Assembly: GCF_001194135.2 (NCBI RefSeq)
Contig: NC_068991.1
Location: 13,142,609 to 13,206,608, forward strand
Direction of reading: 5' to 3'
Source: Octopus bimaculoides
Taxonomy: Eukaryota
DNA length: 64,000 nucleotides
Part shown: in pieces, positions 51,183 to 62,967 of the stretch
How the letters are laid out: each line of letters starts with the position of its first letter
How positions within the stretch are numbered: the first letter of the stretch is position 1
Made by a program: the position numbers and the translations under genes
The notes under the pieces: generated by a model
What the model saw: the letters and a program-made list of their open reading frames with translations, nothing else
What the model was told of the DNA's origin: nothing
Databases searched by the model: none

Positions 51183-51683
51183 NNNNNNNNNNNNNNNNNN
51201 NNNNNNNNNNNNNNNNNNNNNNNNNNNNNNNNNNNNNNNNNNNNNNNNNNNNNNNNNNNNNNNNNNNNNNNNNNNNNNNNNNNNNNNNNNNNNNNNNNNN
51301 NNNNNNNNNNNNNNNNNNNNNNNNNNNNNNNNNNNNNNNNNNNNNNNNNNNNNNNNNNNNNNNNNNNNNNNNNNNNNNNNNNNNNNNNNNNNNNNNNNNN
51401 NNNNNNNNNNNNNNNNNNNNNNNNNNNNNNNNNNNNNNNNNNNNNNNNNNNNNNNNNNNNNNNNNNNNNNNNNNNNNNNNNNNNNNNNNNNNNNNNNNNN
51501 NNNNNNNNNNNNNNNNNNNNNNNNNNNNNNNNNNNNNNNNNNNNNNNNNNNNNNNNNNNNNNNNNNNNNNNNNNNNNNNNNNNNNNNNNNNNNNNNNNNN
51601 NNNNNNNNNNNNNNNNNNNNNNNNNNNNNNNNNNNNNNNNNNNNNNNNNNNNNNNNNNNNNNNNNNNNNNNNNNNNNNNNNNN

Positions 51684-51714
<31 letters not shown>

Positions 51715-51755
51715 GAGAGAAAGATAGAGTGAGAGAGAAGTATATATATATATGT

Positions 51756-51990
51756 GAAGGCGCATGGCTTAGTGGGTTCGATTCCCAGACTGGGACTTGA
51801 GTTGTGTTCTTCAGCAAAGCACTTCATTTCACGTTGCTCTGCGATCATTTCGACATCTGACATGTGGCACTCAGTTGCACCTGTACAGGTAATATCGATC
51901 TGATGGAGTGAGTGAGCTTATGTCTGCACAAACAATTGATCGTTATAAGCAAATCGTCTTGTGTGGCTGTTCAGTTAGAAATTGTCGAAC
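51756..51990 (+). mobile_element. SINE family C variant (internal deletion in head, different tail)
   Basis: 'gaaggcgcatggcttagtgggttcgattccc' and 'gttgtgttcttcagcaaagcacttcatttcacgttgctc'. Confidence 0.7.
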
Positions 51991-52384
51991 TTCCATACGA
52001 GCTTCCATACTCTCAAGCGACGATGTCGACTGCTTGATGGCTATAATGATGAAGATGACGACGATGATGATGATGAGATGATAGTGAGAATGATAACAGT
52101 GATGGTAGTGGTGGTGGAGGTGGTAACGGAAGTGGTGATGAGGATGGTGTTGATGGTGAATATGATAATAGCAATGTAATCTGAGATGATAAACAAATTC
52201 TCTCCTACCCTTAATAAAATAATATAAAACAAATATGATTACAAAAAAAAGGCAATTCCAATTAATTACTTAATTAAAAACTTCACGGAAACCCAGAAAG
52301 TTGACAACCCCACCCCATCGCCTCAACCCCCCGCCACTCACCAGCAACACTTAACACCCAACGAATTCAAGAGTTATGCAACAC

Positions 52385-52385
52385 G

Positions 52386-52440
<55 letters not shown>

Positions 52441-52467
52441 CGGTGGTGGTGGTGGTGGTGATGGTGG

Positions 52468-52508
<41 letters not shown>

Positions 52509-52550
52509 GTGATGGTGGTGGTGATGGTGACGGTGGTGGTGATGGTGTTA
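52385..52550. repeat. Compound (AGT)n(GGT)n(GAT)n microsatellite
   Basis: Direct reading. Confidence 0.92.
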
Positions 52551-52559
52551 TTAGTAGCT

Positions 52560-52720
52560 GTTGTTTAGCTCCTGGCGAGCCCCGATCGAGCAGACGGACT
52601 TTTGATTAGAGACATTTCGAAGTCAATAACGATCTCATTTCTGATTTAGTAAAGTCTGAATTGAGAGAAATTTGGCTCTTACATTTAGCAGGTCGAGCCC
52701 TAGCTTAATGTAGTAGTAAT
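52560..52720 (+). repeat. Dispersed repeat family E
   Basis: 'tttagctcc..gatcgagcagac' and 'attgagagaaatttggc..tttagcaggtcgagc', as at 3170-3380. Confidence 0.55.
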
Positions 52721-53345
52721 AGTAGTAGTAGTAGTATTTACTGCTGTTGTTGTTGTTTAATCCAGAGGTCGACAAACTTTTATCAATTTTTTTCTAGCTG
52801 GGTAAGATTGGAGACATTTTTTTTTTGTTTTGCGGATCAAAGCGAATAAACCACATGAATGATTTTCCAATGCTTAAAAGAAACAACTAATAGTTATCTT
52901 GAGTTGGCCACCTTTTTTTCGGTGTCATATGTGTTTGTTCAAGCGACGCGGATAAAATCGGTCTCTGGTAAATGGATCACGTTTTGCCATATACATCGGC
53001 CAGTACCTCCTGTAACTCTTCTTTCGAGGGCACGTATAGCTTGCCTCTTTTATTTTTTACTATTGTTATTTTTGATTTTTGTCTGGTCTATGCAATTTTC
53101 TCCTCTCACATTCGTCGAATGAAGTAAGTGTTTGGGTAAGTAGATGTCATTTGTGACATAACTTCGTCCTCAACGCTTTCTCTTTTACTTCCAGTTATGT
53201 TAAGTCAGGTCACTTGGTTTGTCGTTCGGTGTTAGCAAATAAACGAATGTTGCTGCCGTTGTTGCTGTTAGTGACGGCGGTTGTCGCTGTTGGTATTGAT
53301 TTTTCTTTCGAAACAATGATTACATCATTATTATTCGTGTGTGTA

Positions 53346-53545
53346 AGGCGGCGAGCACAGCTGACAAAATACTTAGCAACATTTGTTTCGTCTTTACGTT
53401 CCGAGTTCAAATTCCGCCGAGGTCGACTTTGCCTTTCATCCTTTCGGGGTCGATAAATTAAGTACCAGTTGCGTACTGGGGTCGATCTAATCGACTGGCC
53501 CCCTCCCTCAAAATTTCGGGCCTTGTGCCTAGAGTAGAAAAGAAT
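53346..53545 (+). mobile_element. SINE family D (tail type 2)
   Basis: Core 'gttcaaattccgccgaggtcgactttgcctttcatcctttcggggtcgataaattaagtaccag'. Confidence 0.9.
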
Positions 53546-53570
53546 ATCATTCTTTCTAAGGTTCTCCTAA

Positions 53571-53790
53571 GGCGGTGAGCTGGCAGAAACGTTAGCACGC
53601 CGGGCTAAATGTTTAGCGGTATTTCGTGTGCCGCTACATTCTGAGTTCAAATTCCGCCGAGGTCTACTTTGCTTTTTATCCTTTCGGAGTCGATAAATTA
53701 AGTACTAGTAAAACACTGGGGTCGATGTATTCGACTAGTTTCCCCCACAAATTTCAGGCAATGAGCCTATAGTAGAAAGGATTATTATTA
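53571..53790 (+). mobile_element. SINE family D (tail type 2), tandem second copy
   Basis: Head 'ggcggtgagctggcagaaacgttagcacgccggg'. Confidence 0.9.
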
Positions 53791-54295
53791 TTATTAGATA
53801 ATCATTGTGAAACGTATTACTTTACATTGCTGTTGTTGCTACTACTGTGACATGAAACGCTTTGTGCCACTTTCGAAACAGCCATCTTGCAACACTAGTT
53901 CATATTACAAATAAGTAATTAACAAAAATTTATATAATAGTCTTAAATGTCTAAAGACAAACCTTACCATTATTCCGTTACTCTGGATAACGGAGAAGAC
54001 ATTTAAATGTTCGGAACTTGGTTTGTGGTAAACGGAAAATGAATTAGCTGTTTTGCTTGTTTTGTTTGGGAGACGACTTCTAAATAGAATGAAACAGTTC
54101 TATACATGATTACCACAGACTTAGAATTTTAAGGACTTCGTTTATAAGCAAGCAATATTAAATAAATGTGTGAATTTTATGCATCTTTTTCCCCATAATA
54201 CCTTAATTTCAAATCCAAATTTCTAATCCCACCATATATTATGAAGTAATGATGACCTCCCTTGTAATCACTATCTACTGGGGAATAACGTGCGC

Positions 54296-54359
<64 letters not shown>

Positions 54360-54578
54360 GTAGCGTGTCACGTTGACACACACACTTTATGACATGCATA
54401 ACTTGCCACATGCGTATGTGCACGCACATATTTAAGTTGCAGTTATGTAAATTTTATGACTTGCTGAGGTGTTTGGACTGGGTGTCAGCCGGAACAGTTT
54501 CGCCAGCTGTGAGTACTGTCTTACTGGCTAACCTATAAAGGTATAACGCATAAGTGCGTATGTGTGTGTATATGTTTT

Positions 54579-54620
<42 letters not shown>

Positions 54621-55858
54621 CGTATACGTAAGTATATATGCATGTGTATATACATGTATGCATATTTGTGTAAATGTGTATGCTTATATATATATATGTA
54701 TATGCATATACATATATATAAGCATAAACATATACATATGCTTATATATATATATTATACAAGTATATATTTATATCCTTATATATATTTATGTATATAT
54801 GTGTGTGTATGCTGCAGACATGTACACGTGTTTATACACTCACCATAAACACACACACACACACACACATGTATATACATAACATAGTGTATATAATGAA
54901 GTGAAAACTGCTAATTATAATCACGGGTAATGTTATCAAATTGCGAGAAGAGCCATACACATTTGCACATAAACGCACACATACCTGTATTCCCACCCAC
55001 TCGCATTCCCACATAAATACACACACAAACACACACACACACGTATATTTATATTCATGCTCGCACATTCACGTGTACACGCCCACGGAAACAGACACAG
55101 AGACACCCCGACTCCCACACCGCACAGACATACAGACAGACAAACACACTGACATATAAATAAAAAGACAAAAACGTAGTCATATACAAATATGTACACG
55201 ATTAGTGAAAGGTATATCACCCACAGTAATATGGCGGTACCTCACCTCAGCAGCAGCAGCAATAATAACAGAAACTGCAGCAGTTCTAGTTAACAACTAG
55301 TACCACAGCAACAGTAGGTACGAGCAGGTATTAATGTACCCACCCCGCACCGCCCTTCGCCCGCCACCACCTGGGTATCGTTACATTTCGCCAACCGCCA
55401 TTTTCAAGTTCCTCGTTGTGTTTTGCTTCTTAGAAAGGAATTTACAGAACTCAAAAACTAACAGAAAAAAAAGCAAAATAATAATAATAAATGAAAGAAA
55501 TAAAATAAAAAAGAAAACAAACCTACAATAAATATATAAATACATAAATAAATATATTATAAAATCTACTGTTTACTCCCCCCCTTCTATAGGCTTCATA
55601 CGGTCTCTATCTCATTACGATATCACATTCTGTATCTCTCTCTCTTTGTTAATCTAGAGGCTGTTTTCTGTCTTTCACTCTTTCATCATTCATATCCCAG
55701 TGCATCTTTCTCTCACACTCTGTCACAGTCTGTCTGCCTTTTCTCCTCACTCTCTCTATCACCCTCTCTCCCTCTCCTTCTCACTCTTTCTTCCTCGATA
55801 TCTCTATCTCTCACCACGCTCACAGATACATTGTGTGTATGTGTGTGTGGATAGATAG

Positions 55859-55897
<39 letters not shown>

Positions 55898-56126
55898 TAA
55901 ATAGACAGGTAGGTAGGTAGATCGGTAGTAAAACCCTTTTCTGTTTTTTTATTCTCTTCCATTTTCTCACAGCGTCTTTCACCCATTCTCTCGTGTGTTT
56001 TTTTATATTACTTTTACTAAAGAACTACATGCAAACCAAAACGAAAGAAAGTCTTTTCACTCTATCAACCAGAACTTTGTCTCTTTCTAAAGGGCAACGT
56101 AAAACGTATACATTACACCACCTTTG

Positions 56127-56174
<48 letters not shown>

Positions 56175-56334
56175 TTGCGCTGTTTCTTCACTTTTCTCCC
56201 ATATACACTTTCTCCCCCTTCTCTCTCGTACTCAATCTGCCTACTCCTCTCTTATATACTAGTTCTCCGACACACACACACAAACACACACACGCATTCA
56301 TCATCATCATCAACCCTTAGACATTACTGTCTCT

Positions 56335-56552
56335 GGCCCTAGGACTTTCAGGGCCGGTTACCGGTTTCTAGGGTGTATAAGTAACCCAGATCACAACATC
56401 GCACCTGAACTGGGTGCCAATTTGCTGCAGGGTTACTCATCAACCGCTGAGTGGATTGGAGCAACGCACCGCCCATATCTCAAAATACTGCCCAGTCTGG
56501 GGATCGAAACAACGATCTTGCTATCATAAGTGCAACACTACAACCACTAGGC
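56335..56552 (-). mobile_element. SINE family C-like, degenerate
   Basis: 'ggggatcgaaac..caaccactaggcc' (reverse A/B boxes) and 'ctgagtggattggagcaac'. Confidence 0.6.
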
Positions 56553-56589
56553 CATACACCTTTACTTTCTCACACACACACTCCCCTAA

Positions 56590-57060
56590 TCCCATTTTCT
56601 CAATCAATCAATTCACAGATTTAGCAGTCCACCAGTCTATTAAACAATCAATCGATTCACTATACCACCAATCCACCGATCAACCAATCACTCACTCTGC
56701 CAGTTCAGCAATTCTCCAATCTATCCATTCATTAGTGCAATTTACAAGTCCACCAATGTACCAACCCACCAATTCCTCAATTCAGTAATCCACCAACGCA
56801 GCAATCCACCAACTCACCAATTCTCCAATCCACCAATCAGCCAATCAACCAATCAACCAACTCACCGGTATGGTAATCCACATATTCACCAATCCACCAA
56901 CTCACCAATTCGACAATCTGCCAGTGCACCAATCCATCAGTCTATTAACCCACAAATCTACCAATCCCCCTAACTCACTAGTTCACCAATTCACCAATGT
57001 ACCAATCCACTTACACCAGTCTGCCAGTCCATTAATCGATCAGTCTACTAATCCACTAAC
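56590..57060. repeat. Degenerate CCAAT/CACCAAT-rich satellite-like tract
   Basis: About 17 CCAAT occurrences by hand count, all on one strand. Confidence 0.8.
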
Positions 57061-57233
57061 CTTCCGTTCCTCAAGAATCAAATAATACGAACAATAACAT
57101 TTGTTTTGGCTCTTTAACGTCTGACTTCAAATACCTCCAAAGCAATGCTTTTCATCCTTTCGGGAGTCGATTCAATTAACCAACCCCCTCCTCTTCCATC
57201 AAATCTCAAGACTTGTTTCTAAATTAGAATCAA

Positions 57234-57378
57234 TGTGGTTGTGTGGTAAGAAGCTTGCTTCACAACCACATGGTTCCGGTTTCAGTCCCACTGCATAGCA
57301 CTTTTGGGAAATGTCTTCTGCTATAGCCTCGGGCCGGTCAAAGCTTTGTGAATGAAATTGTTAGACACAAACTTAAAG
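57234..57378 (+). mobile_element. SINE family B head only
   Basis: 'tgtgtggtaagaagcttgcttcacaaccacatggttccggtttcagtcccactg'. Confidence 0.85.
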
Positions 57379-57589
57379 TAGTAGTAGTAGTAGTAGTAGT
57401 TGTAGTAGTAGCAACAGCAGCAGCAGTAGTAGCAGTTCGGAAAGTCTTTGGAACCAAGAAAAATCTATGTTGTACCAGCCAAGCGTATCCGAGACGCGTG
57501 CAGTAGAAGCCGTTCTTCATGCTATTGTTGGCAAGAAAGAACGGTCATTCTTCCTTTAGCTAAACTAAAGAAAAGTTACCTGCTCGTGT

Positions 57590-57822
57590 CATGCCGACTC
57601 ACAAGGGTCCGTTTTACCTGTTTCATGGTGGTATACATTCCGCACCTGGCTAGGACACCAATCCGTTGCAGGATTACTCATTTTTGCCAGCCGAGTGGAC
57701 TGGAGCAATATAAAAATGAAGTGCTTTGCTTAAGAACACAACACGTCGCCCGGTCCAGGAATCAAAACCACAATCTTACGATCATGATTCCAATACCCTA
57801 ACCACTAAGCCATGCGCCTCCA
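57590..57822 (-). mobile_element. SINE family C
   Basis: Minus strand reads ggaggcgcaTGGCTTAGTGGttagg...ttttgattcctggaccgggcgacgtgttgtgttcttaagcaaagcac. Confidence 0.8.
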
Positions 57823-58420
57823 CATTCCTCTACCTGGTGGCTACGGTAAAAGAGGTTGTGTCAGGTTGTGTCATGGACACGTCTGAAAACTTTCACAGTA
57901 TATATTTTCGTCTCTAGCCGAGCTCTCTTCAACTTCCTTCAAATACTATTTGCAGCGGAAGGTAAGAGTAGAGATCGAAATGTTTTCTGTTAGTGTGTTT
58001 ATCGAAAGATGAATGGAAGCAGTGAAGTTGGAGATATTGATTGAACCTAAGTAGGTGGATAGACACTGGGGNNNNNNNNNNNNNNNNNNNNNNNNNNNNN
58101 NNNNNNNNNNNNNNNNNNNNNNNNNNNNNNNNNNNNNNNNNNNNNNNNNNNNNNNNNNNNNNNNNNNNNNNNNNNNNNNNNNNNNNNNNNNNNNNNNNNN
58201 NNNNNNNNNNNNNNNNNNNNNNNNNNNNNNNNNNNNNNNNNNNNNNNNNNNNNNNNNNNNNNNNNNNNNNNNNNNNNNNNNNNNNNNNNNNNNNNNNNNN
58301 NNNNNNNNNNNNNNNNNNNNNNNNNNNNNNNNNNNNNNNNNNNNNNNNNNNNNNNNNNNNNNNNNNNNNNNNNNNNNNNNNNNNNNNNNNNNNNNNNNNN
58401 NNNNNNNNNNNNNNNNNNNN

Positions 58421-58452
<32 letters not shown>

Positions 58453-58555
58453 TATTATTATTATTATTGAGTGAGAGAGCAGTGCATGCCATCAAAGTGA
58501 CACTGGGTTAAATATACGAAACCCGTGGGCATGAATAATAATAATAACAATAATG

Positions 58556-58619
<64 letters not shown>

Positions 58620-58669
58620 CATCAAAAAATACCTTAGGATTGAGAATCCAGGGTTCGAAATTTCCCCAA

Positions 58670-58715
58670 GACACCTGATGATGGCTGGAGGGTATATCAG
58701 CCGAAACGTTGTGTT
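58670..58715 (+). ncRNA. Minimal type I hammerhead ribozyme (Penelope-like-element type)
   Basis: Stem I GACAC (58670-74) / GUGUU (58711-15); CUGAUGA (58675-81); stem II GGCUG (58683-87) / CAGCC (58698-702); GAAA (58703-06); palindromic AACGUU in place of helix III; predicted cleavage after GUU (58710). Confidence 0.8.
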
Positions 58716-58799
58716 AACAACAAAGAATCCGTCAAATGTAAACAATGTAAATAGTGTAAATAAGGTACATGAGAACCAGAGCTTATAATAATAATAATT

Positions 58800-58990
58800 A
58801 TTATTTCGGTGAATTTGACTGAATCGTTAGTATGCCGGACAAAATGCATAGCGGCATTTCTTCTTGCTTTACTTTCCGAGTTCAAATCCCACCGTAGTCG
58901 ACTTTGCCTTTTATCCTATCGGGGCCGATATAATCGGTTAACCCTAGACTCCCAAGATTTCAGGCCTTATGCCTATAATAAAAAAGGATT
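58800..58990 (+). mobile_element. SINE family D, degenerate
   Basis: 'ccgagttcaaatcccaccgtagtcgactttgccttttatcc' and 'tttcaggccttatgcc'. Confidence 0.7.
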
Positions 58991-59135
58991 ATTACTTCCT
59001 CGTTCAAGAACCCAATCCGATGTTCATCTTTAAAATGTCTGTTTCACTTTTTTTCTGTCCTCGTCTGTTTCCCTTTCTCTGTGACTCTCGATTCTACGAT
59101 TTCTCTTTCTCTTTTACACGCTCTCTCTATCGCTC

Positions 59136-59171
<36 letters not shown>

Positions 59172-59344
59172 ACCCCCATATTCTCTCTTTCTCTTCTATC
59201 TTCTTTTTAACTCCCTGCCTTTTTAACTCTCTCCCCCCACCACCTCTTCCAACCATTCGTTTATCAACTCTGTGCAGCTTCCAGAGACATTGCGTGTGTC
59301 ATACGTGATTGTTTGTATTCCCATCTAGCTGCTGGCCTCAGATC

Positions 59345-59350
<6 letters not shown>

Positions 59351-59424
<74 letters not shown>

Positions 59425-59470
59425 GAGAGAGAGAGAGAGAGAGTGAGAGGGAGAGAGAAAGAGAAAAAGA
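59351..59470. repeat. (AG)n homopurine tract
   Basis: Direct reading. Confidence 0.95.
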
Positions 59471-59584
59471 GAGTAAGTACTAAGGTGGTCGTTACTGTGC
59501 TGTAATTCTTCTGGAAGTGACTACTTTGGTATTCGCAAGAGTTTTATGTATGTATGTATGTATGTATGTAAGTGTGTGCGTACG

Positions 59585-59624
<40 letters not shown>

Positions 59625-59910
59625 CGAGAGTGAGAAAGGGTCAATGACCTTTAGTGACCAACTGATACAAAATGGAAGTTGTTTACTTCTCCTTCTGCTT
59701 GTTTCTTTTACTATCCAGATATACCTTTACATCTGTGCGCGCGTATGTTTGTTTGTGTGTGTGTATTTATATATGTATGTATGCATGTATATATATATAT
59801 ATATATGTATGTGCGTGTGTATGTATGCTTGTTATATATATATATATATGTATGCATGTGTATGTGTATATAAGTATGTGTGTATATGTGGGTACGTGTA
59901 TATGTATGCT

Positions 59911-59952
<42 letters not shown>

Positions 59953-59961
59953 TGTGTGTGT

Positions 59962-60014
59962 GGAGGCGCAATGGCCCAGTGGTTAGGGCAGCGGACTCGC
60001 GGTCATAGGATCGC
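59962..60014 (+). mobile_element. SINE family A head fragment (A box only)
   Basis: Near-identical to the head of the 21506-21801 copy; stops before the B box. Confidence 0.8.
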
Positions 60015-61405
60015 AATGCCTTTATATATATATATGTGTNNNNNNNNNNNNNNNNNNNNNNNNNNNNNNNNNNNNNNNNNNNNNNNNNNNNNNNNNNNNN
60101 NNNNNNNNNNNNNNNNNNNNNNNNNNNNNNNNNNNNNNNNNNNNNNNNNNNNNNNNNNNNNNNNNNNNNNNNNNNNNNNNNNNNNNNNNNNNNNNNNNNN
60201 NNNNNNNNNNNNNNNNNNNNNNNNNNNNNNNNNNNNNNNNNNNNNNNNNNNNNNNNNNNNNNNNNNNNNNNNNNNNNNNNNNNNNNNNNNNNNNNNNNNN
60301 NNNNNNNNNNNNNNNNNNNNNNNNNNNNNNNNNNNNNNNNNNNNNNNNNNNNNNNNNNNNNNNNNNNNNNNNNNNNNNNNNNNNNNNNNNNNNNNNNNNN
60401 NNNNNNNNNNNNNNNNNNNNNNNNNNNNNNNNNNNNNNNNNNNNNNNNNNNNNNNNNNNNNNNNNNNNNNNNNNNNNNNNNNNNNNNNNNNNNNNNNNNN
60501 NNNNNNNNNNNNNNNNNNNNNNNNNNNNNNNNNNNNNNNNNNNNNNNNNNNNNNNNNNNNNNNNNNNNNNNNNNNNNNNNNNNNNNNNNNNNNNNNNNNN
60601 NNNNNNNNNNNNNNNNNNNNNNNNNNNNNNNNNNNNNNNNNNNNNNNNNNNNNNNNNNNNNNNNNNNNNNNNNNNNNNNNNNNNNNNNNNNNNNNNNNNN
60701 NNNNNNNNNNNNNNNNNNNNNNNNNNNNNNNNNNNNNNNNNNNNNNNNNNNNNNNNNNNNNNNNNNNNNNNNNNNNNNNNNNNNNNNNNNNNNNNNNNNN
60801 NNNNNNNNNNNNNNNNNNNNNNNNNNNNNNNNNNNNNNNNNNNNNNNACACATAATATCAACTCCCGCCCTTTTCCTGATACGGAATACTCTGATAAACT
60901 CTAACACAGTACCTCAATAGCTTCACCCTATCCAGTTTCTTTGCACTGCGTTACTTCATAGACTAGTTTCGTTCAACCTTACACGCCACGTCTAATGTTT
61001 ATAAACACTCGTTTCCTACCACACCCAAAAATCTAATCTCCACCTTACCATTGTTTCCAAATCACGCCTTCTTATGTATTCAGAGCGTACACACACACAC
61101 ACACTCGTAACTGAACTGTATTTGATAGACTTATGTAACTTATTTTCCAATCTAACCTCTAACGTAGGATGTCTTTATTGTTTCATACTCGTCATACACA
61201 GATAGTAAACAACAACATTCAGTCAGATCAAGTTTATCACCCTTCTTGAACTCCACCACCCGCTTCATCTACACAAAATGTTTTCGAGCACTACTTGTAA
61301 CATTGAGAATACATATTAAATCCCAAACCATGAGGTTCCTTATAAAAGACAATTAATTTGCTGATTATGTACGATATTGTCTTTTTCTTTTTACTCTTTT
61401 TTAAA

Positions 61406-61782
61406 ACTTGTTTCAGTCATTTGACTGCGGCCATGCTGGAGCACCGCCTTTAGTCGAGAAAATCGCCCCCAAGATTTATTCTCTGTAAGCCTAGTACTTA
61501 TTCTATCGGTCTCTTTTTGCCGAACCGCTAAGTTACGGGGACGTAAACACGCCAGCATCGGTTGTCAAGCGATGGTAGGGGGGGACAAACACAAACATAA
61601 TATATATATACATATATATGACGGGCTTCTTTCAGTTTCCATTTACCAAATCCACTCACAAGGCTTTGGTCAGCCCGAGGCTATAGTTGAAGACACTTGC
61701 TCAAGGTGCCACACAGTGGGACTGAACCCAGAACCATGTGGTTGGTAAGCAAGCTACTTACCACACAGCCACTCCTGCGCCT
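61406..61782 (-). mobile_element. SINE family B, full length, short internal (TA)n
   Basis: Complete from head 'aggcgcaggagtggctgtgtggtaag' to tail 'gactgaaacaagt'. Confidence 0.93.
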
Positions 61783-61964
61783 ATGTATGTGTATATGTAT
61801 GTGCATATATGTGTACACACATACACACACACATATATATATCGACCGCACATAGTTTATCGGTAGGATGCACTTATAGGCGTAAAAGAATGTATACTTG
61901 AAGCCTATCCATGAACAAACAAAAGACATACATTGTGTATGTGCGTTGGATATCTTGTATATCC

Positions 61965-62162
61965 CTCGAGCTGCTTTTAATCCATGTTTGCGCTTTGCAT
62001 CGTTTTTGCTTTCAAATGACTGCATTCCACTGGCTAGGGGCCTGAAGCAACATGAAAATGAAGTGTGTTGCTCAAGAACATAACGTGATGCCCGAACTAG
62101 GGATCGATTGCACACGATCTAGCTACCCTGAGTGCAACATCCTAACCACTAGGCCATGCGCC

Positions 62163-62165
<3 letters not shown>
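61965..62165 (-). mobile_element. SINE family C, degenerate
   Basis: 'aaaatgaagtgtgttgctcaagaaca..cctaaccactaggccatgcgccttc'. Confidence 0.7.
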
Positions 62166-62207
<42 letters not shown>

Positions 62208-62208
<1 letters not shown>

Positions 62209-62967
62209 AGGTAAACAAGGCTAACAGAAAATCAGACGAATATCTCAGTGGTCAGCACTCCATACAGTAAACCCGGCTAACAATGTCCAGTGAAGAGTAT
62301 AGTATTTCATATAGGTGAAATACACCGTGCGATACGTACAAACTGTAAACCCGAGGTTGTTCAATAATCGATTAGTTGGTACACGAATCACAGAGAATAA
62401 TGGCAATCAAACGTAGAATGAGGAATTGTGGCTATTAAAATCATAATCATCATTCATCATCATAATCATCATCATCATCAATCGTCATATCATTAATCAC
62501 CAGCAATCATCAATCATTAATCATCAATCACCATCAATCATCAATCACCAGCAATCATCAATCATTAATCATCAATCACCATCAATCATCAATCATCAAT
62601 CATTAATCATCACATCAATCACAAATCACCAACCAGTAATCAGTATCAATCATTAACCACCATCAATCAGCAATCATTAATCACCGTCAATCATCAATCA
62701 TTAATCACCATCAATCACCATCAATCATCAATCTCGTCAATCATCAATCAATAATCGCCATCAATCATCAAATCATCATCCATCAATCATCCACCATCAA
62801 TCATCCAATCATCAATCATCACACAAGGTAAACAAGGCTAACAGAAAATCAGACGAATATCTCAGTGGTCAGTAAACCCGGCTAACAATGTCCAGTGAAG
62901 AGTACCGTGCCATACGTAGAAACTCTAAACCTGAGGTTGTTCAATAAGAGAATAATGGCAATCAAAC
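62208..62967 (+). repeat. Direct repeat pair (62208-62412 and 62825-62967) flanking an ATCA/ATC-rich satellite (62430-62820)
   Basis: Both copies begin 'aaggtaaacaaggctaacagaaaatcagacgaatatctcagtggtcag' and end 'gagaataatggcaatcaaac'. Confidence 0.92.

Noticed and set aside
58468-58530. Short unique-looking segment between (AAT)n tracts that I recall as a common octopus repeat end
   Set aside because: Single copy in this window; identity rests on memory only.
59962-60014. tRNA gene (also heads at 20609, 21725-21801, 57760-57822)
   Set aside because: A/B boxes are present, but no complete cloverleaf or acceptor stem is evident and each continues into a SINE body; these are SINE heads.
60860-61340. 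Possible fourth RLE fragment on the minus strand
   Set aside because: Only a WD-like and a GT-like dipeptide hint, with many stops; insufficient.
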